64,000 nt of DNA from Candidatus Bathyarchaeota archaeon (GTDB taxonomy: Archaea > Thermoproteota > Bathyarchaeia > 40CM-2-53-6). The notes beneath the pieces were generated by a model. That model saw only the letters and a program-made list of their open reading frames with translations. It was not told where the DNA came from and searched no databases. Positions 9,427 through 18,872 of this stretch are shown here, one piece after another. The translations under genes and the position numbers were made by a program. Position 1 is the first letter of the stretch. The number at the start of each line of letters is the position of its first letter. The DNA lies in the NCBI GenBank assembly GCA_005888755.1, contig VBBQ01000030.1:68085-132084 (forward strand), given 5' to 3'.

Positions 9427-10188
9427 GAGACAGACAACATGTTACATGTGATAGGCTTTGCGAGGATTGTTTTTCAACATCAGTTAGGGAAGAATGGTAG
9501 AGAAGCTACGTCTCAATTGAAACTTGCAGTTCTAAGCGACTTCGATGGCACTGTTACGCTCAACGACACCTTCGAGAATGTTCTAGCAAGATTCGGAAAA
9601 GGTGACTGGAGAACCGTTGACGACCAGTGTGTAAGAGGGGAGATCACACTCGAGGATTGCGTCCGACGACAAGGTGCCATGGTTCAGGTCCCACGTTCTC
9701 AGATATTGAGCTATTTAGATGGAGTAACCGAGTTCAGGCCCAACTTCGACAAGCTCATCGAATTTTGCAAGACAAACCACTTCCCACTCGTCATAGTCAG
9801 CACTGGCCTGGATTTCGTCATCAAACATTTTCTAACGCCCAAAAATCTCGAAGACAAAGTGAAATTGTTCGCGGCATCAGCGAAATGTACGCCGACTGGT
9901 ATCAAATTCAAATGGCCCAAGCTGAAAAGTAACCGTTCAATGAACTTGAAAGACGACATGGTCCGGTACTACAAGCAGAAGGCTGATACGGTTGCTTACA
10001 TCGGAGATGGGAGGTGGGACCTCCACGCGTTGAGGAACGCGGACCGCCGATTCGTGATTAAGAATTCAGAGCTCGCGGGGCTATGCAGAGAACAAGAAAT
10101 TCAGGCGACGAGAATCATCGACTTCCAGGAAGTGGTTGAGGCTCTTCAGAAAGAAATGTCCGAACGAGATTCAAAGCAAGGAAAGTGA
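9415..10188 (+). CDS. HAD-IB phosphatase (MtnX / phosphoserine-phosphatase-like). The start is probably the TTG at 9517.
   Basis: LAVLSDFDGTVT is motif I. YIGDGRWDLHAL is motif IV. The N-terminal 34 codons of the track ORF are unlikely to be coding. Confidence 0.7.
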   Translation: MFAHETDNMLHVIGFARIVFQHQLGKNGREATSQLKLAVLSDFDGTVTLNDTFENVLARFGKGDWRTVDDQCVRGEITLEDCVRRQGAMVQVPRSQILSYLDGVTEFRPNFDKLIEFCKTNHFPLVIVSTGLDFVIKHFLTPKNLEDKVKLFAASAKCTPTGIKFKWPKLKSNRSMNLKDDMVRYYKQKADTVAYIGDGRWDLHALRNADRRFVIKNSELAGLCREQEIQATRIIDFQEVVEALQKEMSERDSKQGK

Positions 10189-10229
10189 GTAGCAAGGTGT
10201 CTCCATTCGGCCCTTTCTATTGCGTGTTC

Positions 10230-10715
10230 AGATGGGACCTATCCAAGTTCGATTATCCAGGCCCAACAATCCGAAGATCTAAGAATCAAGTTTGGTTCAG
10301 AGAACGAAATCGGCTCGGCGGCAAGAGTATGGTATGAAGGTCTCGGCCAAGAAGAAGGTTCTCCCTGGACGAGTTATCTGAAGAAATGGACACCCGCAAC
10401 CGCAGCAAAACGGTTTCTAGCTCCAAGAAACGACTCGGCGAGAGGATGTTGGTCGCTGAGAAAGAAGAGACGATTGTTGGAATCAACGGGATAATCTCCG
10501 AGAGGAACTCAGGTAAAGGCGGTTCTTCACCGGAATAGTCGTCTCGCCCAGCTATCGGAGGCAAGGAATCGGATTGCTAATCCTGCACAAGACTCTCTTG
10601 GATCTGAAGGCGGAGGGCCTCCGACGCGCGGAAGTAGAAGCAATTCACGGGATTCTCGCAGCGAAATATCTCTATCCGAAATATGGAGGAAAAAGCATCC
10701 AGGTCCATGCATAGC
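10230..10715 (+). pseudogene. GNAT acetyltransferase broken by at least two frameshifts
   Basis: Three consecutive frames carry GNAT segments. The first is LRIKFGSENEIGSAARVWYEGLGQEEG. The second is RLGERMLVAEKEETIVGINGIISERNSGKG, ending at the TAG at 10536. The third is GIVVSPSYRRQGIGLLILHKTLLDLKAEGLRRAEVEA, motif A. Confidence 0.55.
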
Positions 10716-10733
10716 GAAATCTGCGCCTTCTGG

Positions 10734-11225
10734 CTACGACTCAGATTGTAGTTCTTGCTTGGTTTTGTTCGCCTTGTCTGTGAGAATGTCTATCGCGTCT
10801 TCTAGCCTCTTGCATTTTTCCTTTTCTGAGAAGAGTGCTGTAAGTAGCTCGTTGATCTTGCTGAGCGCGTAATCCATGCTTCTGTTAATCTGTCCTAACG
10901 GGACATAGTCTAGGCGGCGGGGCATAGTTGAGAAGAGCTGTCGTTGGGCCGCGTTTATCTCGCTCATCTTAGCGTTGTCAGTGGCGCCAAGCCAGGTTAC
11001 TTCTCGCGCGGTTTTCAGACTCTCATACAACTGGTTTTGTAGCTCGATGTAGGCGTTCCAGTAGACGAGCCAGGACTCGTTGAACTCGTCAAATGTCTGC
11101 TCTAGCCGTTTGCTCTTCTCCGCGTTCGAACTGGCTGACAATGGTGGTGGAGGAGGAGACCGCGTCCGGTAAATGTGTTGCGGGGTCGTGTAGCGACTGT
11201 TTATGAGTAGCGTTGCCTGGTCCAC
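10734..11225 (-). CDS. Hypothetical coiled-coil protein with a Pro-rich N-terminus
   Basis: 163 aa. The central and C-terminal regions are heptad-rich (LEQTFDEFNESWLVYWNAYIELQNQLYESLK...). No enzymatic motif. Confidence 0.5.
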   Translation of the reverse strand: MDQATLLINSRYTTPQHIYRTRSPPPPPLSASSNAEKSKRLEQTFDEFNESWLVYWNAYIELQNQLYESLKTAREVTWLGATDNAKMSEINAAQRQLFSTMPRRLDYVPLGQINRSMDYALSKINELLTALFSEKEKCKRLEDAIDILTDKANKTKQELQSES

Positions 11226-11437
11226 CGGTTGGTAATCTTAGTGGAACATGTTTGCGACAGGTGTGGCGGTCAGTTCGAATATAGTGAACTCAACTCTCAG
11301 GAAAAGCAGATCCTCGATTCGTCTGGCAAATGGAAGACGGAGCGAAGCTATCGGTGCTTTGACTGCGAGAAGGAAGCCTTACTCGGACAGGGTCCCGCTT
11401 AGAAACGTGCGAAAGCGCAATCAGATCGGGAATCGAA

Positions 11438-11614
11438 CTATTTCTTCTTCAAAGCTGCGGACTCGACTTTACCGTGGACCCTGACCGTTCCGACTCGTAA
11501 GGTTGAGGTTGCGAGTTCCATGGTTACATCGAAATTGAAAGCATAGTCTTTTTCAGCCATTTTTTCGAAGACCTCTGCAAGAGAAGAAGGCGACGATTCA
11601 TTCTTCTGGGGCAT
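11438..11614 (-). CDS. Candidate small ORF (58 aa)
   Basis: Hand translation gives MPQKNESSPSSLAEVFEKMAEKDYAFNFDVTMELATSTLRVGTVRVHGKVESAALKKK. It lies 84 bp downstream of the DUF4386 gene on the same strand. Confidence 0.2.
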   Translation of the reverse strand: MPQKNESSPSSLAEVFEKMAEKDYAFNFDVTMELATSTLRVGTVRVHGKVESAALKKK

Positions 11615-11698
11615 AATGACCGGGCTTGATTAGTCATGTACCGAGTATAAAGTTCTATGCCACGGGTTTCGAAGCTTAGCGTTGCTTGCTTCTACTAT

Positions 11699-12406
11699 CT
11701 AGCCTAGCTTGTACAGTTTGAGGCCGACAAGCAAGCTCCAGACCACGAGGAAGATGAAACCTCCTATGTTGAAGAGTCCTGACGGCATGGAACCCATTGC
11801 GAATGTTGGAATGAAGAGAAGCCCTAGGACTCCGCTCAGGATCCCGATGTAGCCCAAGCTCTTCTTGAACGTCTGGCTCTTCAACATAGCATAACTTGCC
11901 AGGATTATTGCGGAAAACTGGAGAAAGGTGGCCACGAGAGCGGTGAGGTTTGCAAGGTCCATCGTCAGCTGTCCTGTCGCCAGATATGCAGCTCGCGTAT
12001 CACCGTTTGTTGAAGCGTAAGAGTTGCTCAAGCCTATGAGAGAAAGGCGCAGAGGAATGTCTACTCCGACATCGACTGCGACGAAAACCATATTGAAAAT
12101 CGTGGCAATCAACGTAACAGTACGGTTAGCCTGCCTTAGCGCGAAATAAAGCGCGGGGAATGCGATGAGGTAAAGAAGGTCGCTTACTAGGTAAATTCCC
12201 CAGGTCGTGCCAAAGAGAACGCTTTGAGATTGGATAGAGGTAAGACCCGACTGCACGGATGATGGAGCCAAGCTCGGAAGGAGGAGAGGTATCAGTGGCA
12301 GGCTGATGAGAACCAGGATGCCGGCTATTATGATACTTATCGCGCCTGCCCGGTAATACCCGGCCCATCTCTTGTCAGGACCTCTCTCTGCCGCTGGACT
12401 TGTCAT
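11699..12406 (-). CDS. DUF4386-like integral membrane protein
   Basis: 235 aa with about six TM segments. The size and pattern resemble DUF4386. Confidence 0.55.
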   Translation of the reverse strand: MTSPAAERGPDKRWAGYYRAGAISIIIAGILVLISLPLIPLLLPSLAPSSVQSGLTSIQSQSVLFGTTWGIYLVSDLLYLIAFPALYFALRQANRTVTLIATIFNMVFVAVDVGVDIPLRLSLIGLSNSYASTNGDTRAAYLATGQLTMDLANLTALVATFLQFSAIILASYAMLKSQTFKKSLGYIGILSGVLGLLFIPTFAMGSMPSGLFNIGGFIFLVVWSLLVGLKLYKLG

Positions 12407-12522
12407 TGAACAGTTTCGATAGGCTATTTGGTGGGTTTCTAACGGTTACCGAGAAGAAGCGAATCGGAGAACTTGATTCGAGGCCACTCTCGCCTGCTTT
12501 TGACTTCGAGCCCCTAGACTAT

Positions 12523-14037
12523 CTAGGCCAAGGCATCGTTGTAAAGGGCGTCCAGCACCGAGTAGGCTTCCTCAGGGGTCGAGGGATTCGCTGGGAGAAT
12601 GTCCTCGGCAATCGATCGTTCAAGGATCTGGCGTATACAATACCGGAGCTTTGTTGGAGTCATGCTCGCCTCCACGTTCCACATGGGATGATCCATGTTG
12701 ACGAAGACTGTTCGGACTCCGTTCTTGTCAGTCTCCACATACGCCTGACCTCGATCTCCACCGTGTGCAATATCGAAGGCTAGGACTTGGTCTTTTAGAT
12801 GTATCACGCTGCGGGTTGCGTCTCTAGGATGAGTCTTCGATTTCCGGTCTCTCCCGTGGCGCGACCCGTTCTCTTTCTTCACCACGTGTTGCGGTGCCTG
12901 GCTGGTCTTTGACGATGTCTTTGCCTTGACTACTGCCTTTGAGAGTATCTCGATGTTTCGCCGGAGACTACGGCGCAATCTCTCTGCAATTTCTCTATTC
13001 AGGTATTGTATGCTGCGGAGTTCTCTGCGGCTGGCGGTCTGTCTTAGGAACTTGTAGACTTTGTTCCGAACAAAGCCGCGCATAGCCTTCTCGAACACTC
13101 GCCACTGCGAACTGTCTCGCTCGAACTCGTTACCACCAGGCAGTCGTCGGAGGAAGTCTGCGTTGACCCAGCCCTGAATGCGGCTTAGCCCGTGGATCCG
13201 GTACTGGTCGAGGCCGAAGAACTGATGTTGGAGACAGGTGATGTGTTTCTGCTGGACGCTCATACCGGCTTCCGATATCCCAGCACGGGTCTTCGAGAGG
13301 GGAAGAATCAAGACTTCGCCAGTAATCTTCCCGTATTCCGTGGCAATATTGACGGGGAGGAGCGTTGCGCCGCGGAGCTCTTCCGGCTTCACCGTTTCGC
13401 CATTTACAAATACTTCGAAGGGACCATACCCCCGTAGAGCAAGGACGTTCGCTCTTGCAAGGAGGGCTCTCCGGACGTCTGCAGGATCAGTTTTCTTCGT
13501 CAGCGATCGGATCCTGATTCTCAAACCATCATGCTCGAGCGGTGCTTGGATCACTCGCAAGGGCTTCCAGGTAGACTGGTCGGTCGGGGCCCAGTGACGG
13601 TCGATAAGGCTCTCGGTTAGCATAATGGTTCGGTCGAAACGTCCCTTGTGGACTTGCAGCTCGAGCTCACGACCTAGAGTGAGCCAGGCGAGACTGCCCA
13701 TCCCATACGACTCGCGAATCGGACGCTTGTACTTCGGCGAGAAACCTTCCCCAGTTGTTTTTCCCTTGGTAAGAAATTCGCGCAGACCATCGAGGTCCAT
13801 TCCATGGCCCCATTCCTCGTATTCGATCTGGGAGCCTGAGTCTGAGATCTCGATCTCAACCCTTGTTGCTTCGCCCCACATCCACGAGTTGACAACAAGC
13901 TCGACGAAAAACTGTGCCGCATCCGTGTACTGCCGTCCAAGGGTCTTGATGATGCTCTTGTGAGTAGCGACCTGTAGATCCTCGTCCATTATCGAGTGTG
14001 CTGCTCTCGCCGAATGCACTAGTCGTCTTGTCGCCAA
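12523..14037 (-). CDS. GHKL-superfamily ATPase (HATPase_c_3 / prokaryotic MORC-like), 504 aa
   Basis: Bergerat-fold motifs are present. The N-box is ELVVNSWMWGEA. The G1-like element is ISDSGSQ...GMDLDG. The G2 element is ESYGMGSLAWLTLG, followed by ELQVHKG. The C-terminal 350 aa is unassigned. Confidence 0.7.
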   Translation of the reverse strand: MATRRLVHSARAAHSIMDEDLQVATHKSIIKTLGRQYTDAAQFFVELVVNSWMWGEATRVEIEISDSGSQIEYEEWGHGMDLDGLREFLTKGKTTGEGFSPKYKRPIRESYGMGSLAWLTLGRELELQVHKGRFDRTIMLTESLIDRHWAPTDQSTWKPLRVIQAPLEHDGLRIRIRSLTKKTDPADVRRALLARANVLALRGYGPFEVFVNGETVKPEELRGATLLPVNIATEYGKITGEVLILPLSKTRAGISEAGMSVQQKHITCLQHQFFGLDQYRIHGLSRIQGWVNADFLRRLPGGNEFERDSSQWRVFEKAMRGFVRNKVYKFLRQTASRRELRSIQYLNREIAERLRRSLRRNIEILSKAVVKAKTSSKTSQAPQHVVKKENGSRHGRDRKSKTHPRDATRSVIHLKDQVLAFDIAHGGDRGQAYVETDKNGVRTVFVNMDHPMWNVEASMTPTKLRYCIRQILERSIAEDILPANPSTPEEAYSVLDALYNDALA

Positions 14038-14130
14038 AGGTCTTGTCGTTTGTCGTATGGAAAGTCGGCCGGATAATGGACTAGTGTAACCGGCCTCAAC
14101 AAAGAACGGGAAATATCGAACAGTTTCTCT

Positions 14131-14685
14131 CTAGCGCGACCCGGCTTTCCTAGTAACTTCCTTCGCAGGCTCCGGCGTATCTGGGAAGAGGTCCTTCGGC
14201 ATTCCGGAGAGAACGTCAGACAGCGAATCACGGCCCATTTGACCTTGGCCTCCGGTCTGGAAGGGGCGGACCCTGTTGAACAGGTCGTCGATCTTGTTTG
14301 CCATCTTCATCTTCTCATTGATCCTCCCATCAAGCTCTTGACCGTCCGCCTCCAGTTGTTGCACTCGTGGCGCGAGTCCTTCTATCCCCTTTGAAACCTC
14401 AAGCATTCCGTTGACAGTAGCGAGTGACGATCTCAGACTGGTGATCTCTTTCTGCATCGCTTCTCGATAGCTACGGAGTCTTTCTAGTATAGGCTGGTAG
14501 AGGCGTAGAAAATCGACCATGAGCCCCTCGAACTGTCGGATAGCGAGGGTGAATTTCTCTTCTCTCTTCTTCTCAGCGAACTGTTTTGCAGTGCCCAAGA
14601 GCTTCTCGCGGAGAGCAACCCTCTCGATAACATCATCCAACACTTCTCGTACATTGTACGACTCGTCAAACACAGTCTCGCGCAT
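14131..14685 (-). CDS. Hypothetical coiled-coil protein (184 aa)
   Basis: Long heptad-rich helices. It sits 93 bp upstream of the GHKL ATPase on the same strand. Confidence 0.5.
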   Translation of the reverse strand: MRETVFDESYNVREVLDDVIERVALREKLLGTAKQFAEKKREEKFTLAIRQFEGLMVDFLRLYQPILERLRSYREAMQKEITSLRSSLATVNGMLEVSKGIEGLAPRVQQLEADGQELDGRINEKMKMANKIDDLFNRVRPFQTGGQGQMGRDSLSDVLSGMPKDLFPDTPEPAKEVTRKAGSR

Positions 14686-14839
14686 TAGAGGTCAATATTC
14701 CATCACAAAGAGCCCGAGCATTAAGAGACACGTCACCGAGCACAATGCAGTTCAGTACTTGGGTTCAGTTAGGTGTGAATATCAGCACCAACTCTTGGCG
14801 ACGAGTCAGGTTATTCCGTTGTCAGAACCTCGGTAGCTG

Positions 14840-15910
14840 CTAGCCATCGTCCCCAAGCCATTCAAGCCATTCACCATGTGCATTTGACCGGGCCAACACC
14901 TTCTCTGTATTTTCTCCATTGTTTAATGAAGCAAGGCTGAGGAGAGGGGTTTCCGAGTTTTTTGGCCACTCGAAGCTAACGTGAAACAGGTGTCTCTTCT
15001 CGGAGGCTTTTGCAAGCATCAACTCCAGTCTCTCTCTTGGTTTCCCGCTTGCGAGGGAGAGTGTAAACGAGTGAAAGGTGCACAACTGTATGTCATCTCG
15101 GACTCGCTTGATGAGGCTAGGGAGAAGCTCTAAGGCATCTCCGCGAACGATTTGTGGAGGGGTACGTTTTGCTAGTTGGATGGCGAGTTCGAGCTGATTG
15201 GCCCTTTTCCGGTGCTCAGGCCATATCAGAGCCCGAAGCCATTGAACGTTCTCTGGATCGTTAATGTCAAGGGGGTTAAGGTCCACTCCGAGCCGTGAGG
15301 CGATTTCCGGAAAACGGTTGGGAACTGGAGGGCGTTTTTCTCCGCGTAGCAGACACTCGACTTGTACAGGGGAGTCAGGGTCCCCACATTGTAAGTTCTT
15401 GTTGTATTGGTAGTGGTATCGGTCCCAGAGCAATGTTAGACCTGCGCTTGAGCCAATCTCGATTAGAGCCAGTGGCCGATTTTTCGCCTGGCGGGCTACG
15501 AGTTCGAAGGCTGGGACCAGGATTGCACAACGCCCCACTTCGTTTGTCTGAACGAAGCGGGCGGTGATTATTCCCTCTATCTCGTTCTCGTGTTCAAGGA
15601 CGAAGCTGCGAAAATAGGGATAAGCAAGGTCGTAGTGCTTGGAGTTATTGTTGAGACTGGGGTAGAACGCGGTTAGCTGATGATGCTCACCTTTCAGCAG
15701 AAGAAAATGGACGGCAGAGAAGAACAGGTTTGGTAGAGCGTTTTTCTCCCAAGCCTTGGCCGCTATTGTTAGGAGTTCCGGATCTTCCGCAACCCTCATT
15801 GCGAGGCTGACGTACAAGGGGGAGCGACCAGGATAGACAGTGCTAGCATAATAGCGAAAGTTTTCCGCTGCTTTGTCAACAGGTGATGGCGAAGGGTCTG
15901 GATTACCCAT
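14840..15910 (-). CDS. DUF2332-family protein (class-I SAM-methyltransferase-like fold)
   Basis: The N-terminus FRYYASTVYPGRSPLYVSLA...SAVHFLLLKG is typical of DUF2332. LALIEIGSSAGLTLL resembles MTase motif I, and GVDLNPLD resembles motif II. Confidence 0.6.
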   Translation of the reverse strand: MGNPDPSPSPVDKAAENFRYYASTVYPGRSPLYVSLAMRVAEDPELLTIAAKAWEKNALPNLFFSAVHFLLLKGEHHQLTAFYPSLNNNSKHYDLAYPYFRSFVLEHENEIEGIITARFVQTNEVGRCAILVPAFELVARQAKNRPLALIEIGSSAGLTLLWDRYHYQYNKNLQCGDPDSPVQVECLLRGEKRPPVPNRFPEIASRLGVDLNPLDINDPENVQWLRALIWPEHRKRANQLELAIQLAKRTPPQIVRGDALELLPSLIKRVRDDIQLCTFHSFTLSLASGKPRERLELMLAKASEKRHLFHVSFEWPKNSETPLLSLASLNNGENTEKVLARSNAHGEWLEWLGDDG

Positions 15911-16290
15911 GAGACCTACGTTCGAGTTGGGAGATTATCAGGATTTTCCGGTGGTGGCAATTTTTCTGGCCGAATTTCTTTCTGTGCGACTTCTCGTCAG
16001 TAATGCCCTGTAAGCCGCGTATCCGTCGGGTTCGTTGACGACTGTTATGATGTCTCAATGGTCGAGGAAGGCATCGATGAAGTTTACGCCATTCCTGTAA
16101 TTCAGTTCCGTGACATTGGACCCGATTTCTGATGTGTCCCAGGCGTTTGTAGGTAGGTACGGTAAGATTGGCTAGTCCTTGTGTAGGATCTCGCTTGCTG
16201 CTTCCGTACTCTTATGCTCTTCCGGGTCAGGGTGGGCATCCTTGCTTGCGTCTCTGACTGTAATATCCGTGGGTCGGGATTAGAAGGTTT

Positions 16291-16298
16291 ATATAGAA
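16291..16298 (+). promoter_or_regulatory. Archaeal TATA box (TTTATATA) for the Lrp-like gene
   Basis: The box is centred about 33 nt upstream of the ATG at 16328, consistent with a short-leader or leaderless transcript. Confidence 0.45.
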
Positions 16299-16327
16299 AG
16301 TAATACCCGTTACTCTATTGCAATAAG

Positions 16328-16846
16328 ATGATATCTATGCAAAACACAAACTATCCCGCCTATGTCTTCGCGACCGTTAATCACGGCATGACGAAGAACG
16401 TGGTCGAGGAGCTAAAGAACAACCCCAACATCGACCTCATCGCACCCGTCACCGGACGTTTCGACCTCGCACTCCGACTAAAACAGACCACTCCAGAGCA
16501 AATCGTACAACTCGTCAGCCAGATCCGCCAAGTAAAAGGCATCCAGACAACCCAGACACTCTTCGGTTTCAATGGCATCAACGGTGCTCACTTCCAAAAC
16601 CAGATGCCACTCGGCATCAGCCTCTTCAACGTCACCACTCCATTCCAGACATTCGTAAACCAACTCAAGAGCTTCCCAGGCCTCATCGAGGCATGGACAA
16701 CACCAGGCCAGTTCGACATCGTAGCACTCTGGCAGGCAAGGACTTCTGACGAGATCGTCAAGTCCGCCTTCGAGAAGTTCCCTACTCTACAAGGCATCGC
16801 TCGCAGCGAGACACTTCTCGCCCCTACGCCGCTCTTCAAGCAGTAA
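16328..16846 (+). CDS. Tandem Lrp/AsnC ligand-binding (RAM) domain protein with no HTH
   Basis: Two AsnC_trans_reg-like beta-alpha-beta-beta-alpha-beta modules are present. They are AYVFATV...IDLIAPVTGRFDLALRLK and LFNVTT...GQFDIVALWQ. Confidence 0.65.
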   Translation: MISMQNTNYPAYVFATVNHGMTKNVVEELKNNPNIDLIAPVTGRFDLALRLKQTTPEQIVQLVSQIRQVKGIQTTQTLFGFNGINGAHFQNQMPLGISLFNVTTPFQTFVNQLKSFPGLIEAWTTPGQFDIVALWQARTSDEIVKSAFEKFPTLQGIARSETLLAPTPLFKQ

Positions 16847-16998
16847 GACACCAGTTAGCTCTAAGACCAATACCCCTTTTTCTTTCGTATCCGGCAGAGT
16901 GTGATCAGCGAGACGAACCATACATTCGATTACGTTAACCAAGAATCTTTCATGCACTTTTTGAGCAATATTTCCGGGCTTGGAAACGTGTAACTCAT

Positions 16999-17562
16999 CT
17001 AACGGGTGAAGCGTTTCATCTGGCCGCTTACAATTCTCGATCCTAATCGTAGCTGTGGTTTTCCCAGCAGGCCGGTCAAGACCTCTTTTTGGTCCGGTGG
17101 TTGTCCGGGAAACCTTTCGATGATTCGTTTCATTTCGGTGAAGAGCTTCTCGTAGTATTCCCGTCGATGCGTATTTTGGTCCACTAGCTGCCAGTCTAGT
17201 TGCGTGTAGACAGTTTCTCTTCGATCTCCGTTTCCATCATGTATGACCGCTTCCGCTTCGAACATGAAGTCTTGATTCCTTCCACGGAGGGCGAGGTAGA
17301 GGGCGAAGGGAATTCGAGAAGGTGGTGAAAAAGCGATGTAGCCGCTCTCATGACGGTCGAACCTCCGGCGAAGGTTCGCTCTGTGGCCTCCGCTGCAAGA
17401 TGAGAATGTTCTATATCCCTTGCTGTTAAGTGACGAAACGATCTCTCGAATGGCCGGGTCAATGCGTGAAGCGTTCCTTCCAACTCCTAGATTCTTCCAG
17501 TTTGACGCGTCAAGTTCTCCCAGTTTCCTGGAATGGGCTCGTGGCAAGAATTCTCTGGGCAA
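16999..17562 (-). CDS. Hypothetical protein, co-transcribed with the Rieske oxygenase
   Basis: 187 aa. Its start lies 4 nt after the Rieske gene stop. No known motif. Confidence 0.45.
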   Translation of the reverse strand: MPREFLPRAHSRKLGELDASNWKNLGVGRNASRIDPAIREIVSSLNSKGYRTFSSCSGGHRANLRRRFDRHESGYIAFSPPSRIPFALYLALRGRNQDFMFEAEAVIHDGNGDRRETVYTQLDWQLVDQNTHRREYYEKLFTEMKRIIERFPGQPPDQKEVLTGLLGKPQLRLGSRIVSGQMKRFTR

Positions 17563-17565
17563 CGG

Positions 17566-18759
17566 CTAGACTCCAGTCAGCGTACTGGTTTGACTATTGC
17601 TCGAGACGGTCTCGTAGACGAGTCTGTGGAACCAATGGGGTCCTGTCTCTTCGTTCGGGGCAAACCGTCCTCGGGGCGCGAACCCGGACTTTGCTCCGGC
17701 ACTTACTAGGCTGATCGCTTCAATGTCTTCAGCATCTACTTGCTCGTTGAGCCAGGTGCTGTTTCGATGCCGGAATTTGTCTTCGTCTAGGGCGTACTGG
17801 TACCATAGAAAGCGCGTTCTGTCAGGCTTCCCGGGGATCGGCATGTACACATTGACTGATACCCCCCATGGATAGAAGTTCAGTGTTGTATTTGGGAAGA
17901 TAAACCACCACAAAGCAAACACTCTCTTCGAGTTGTCCTTCCCGTCTCTAAACCGGTCGGCCAGGAGTCGGTGCTCGAACCCGTTCTCCTCGTCCCTTGC
18001 GTATGCCCACTGCAGAGCGCTGAACTTGTACAGCTCAGTTCGGTAGGAGGACAGGTCGATAGCGTCGGCCAGTCCACCAGGTCCTTTGTGGACGAATCTG
18101 ATGTGGAAGTTGTCCATGTAGTTCCAAGCATGTTGTTTCCAGTTTCCATCAACCTCTCGAACTTCACCATCAACACGCTGTCTTCTCAGCGCCTCGAGTC
18201 TGATTCCAGGTATCGATTGTTGAGCCTTCTCCACGAACTCGTGGAAGTATGCCAACGGTTCGCCGGTAGAAACGAATATCCATGGTCCCCACTCATCCAC
18301 TTGAACATTTCGAAGATTGTCCGATTTCTTTGGAAACCCCTCCATCTTCTCAAATCCCGCATGCGCGACGAATCTGCCTTCGTTGTCAAATTGGCGTCCG
18401 TGTTGAGGACAGATTATTGTCCCTCCAATGCTCGACGATTCAACGAGAGGGTGCCAAGCGTGCGTGCAGACGTTGGGGAAGCAGCTCAGCTTCCCATGTT
18501 GGCCTCGCTGGAGAAAGAGGGGTTTTCCTAGAAGATTGAATGGAACTCTAGAACCGGTTTTCCCTAGGGAGTCTGTGAGAGCGGCCAGACTATTCTGGGA
18601 ATTACTTTCTTGTGGTGCTAACAGCCAGGTGTGAGCAAAGATAGTTCCAAGTTCTAGGTCGAGAAATTCTAGGTCGACGAAGGCTGAACTGGGTAGGGAT
18701 TCTGCTCGAGTAATCTCGGGATCTACAAAGAATTCTCTCGTCGAGAGGATTTTGTTCAT
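17566..18759 (-). CDS. Rieske [2Fe-2S] non-heme-iron oxygenase, alpha-subunit-like
   Basis: The Rieske CxH-x17-CxxH motif is CTHAWHPL...CPQHG. The mononuclear-iron Dx2Hx4H motif is NYMDNFHIRFVH. Confidence 0.8.
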   Translation of the reverse strand: MNKILSTREFFVDPEITRAESLPSSAFVDLEFLDLELGTIFAHTWLLAPQESNSQNSLAALTDSLGKTGSRVPFNLLGKPLFLQRGQHGKLSCFPNVCTHAWHPLVESSSIGGTIICPQHGRQFDNEGRFVAHAGFEKMEGFPKKSDNLRNVQVDEWGPWIFVSTGEPLAYFHEFVEKAQQSIPGIRLEALRRQRVDGEVREVDGNWKQHAWNYMDNFHIRFVHKGPGGLADAIDLSSYRTELYKFSALQWAYARDEENGFEHRLLADRFRDGKDNSKRVFALWWFIFPNTTLNFYPWGVSVNVYMPIPGKPDRTRFLWYQYALDEDKFRHRNSTWLNEQVDAEDIEAISLVSAGAKSGFAPRGRFAPNEETGPHWFHRLVYETVSSNSQTSTLTGV

Positions 18760-18872
18760 CAGACTCAGATCGCCTCATCCCGTTCTAGCTAGAATGTCAA
18801 CTCTTCGGATTGTGCCACAGGATAGCAATGGAAAAAGAGCTTAAGGGAGGCTCGTGAAGCATCATCTTTGCA

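Noticed and set aside
10734-11225. A possible phasin/PhaE-like annotation for the 163-aa coiled-coil protein.
   Set aside because: The only basis was a vague compositional resemblance (amphipathic helices). There is no family-specific motif and no PhaC nearby. It is reported as hypothetical.
12400-12783. A 127-aa plus-strand ORF overlapping the 3' end of the GHKL ATPase gene.
   Set aside because: It is antisense to a gene with clear Bergerat motifs, has no start context, and has no recognisable domain.
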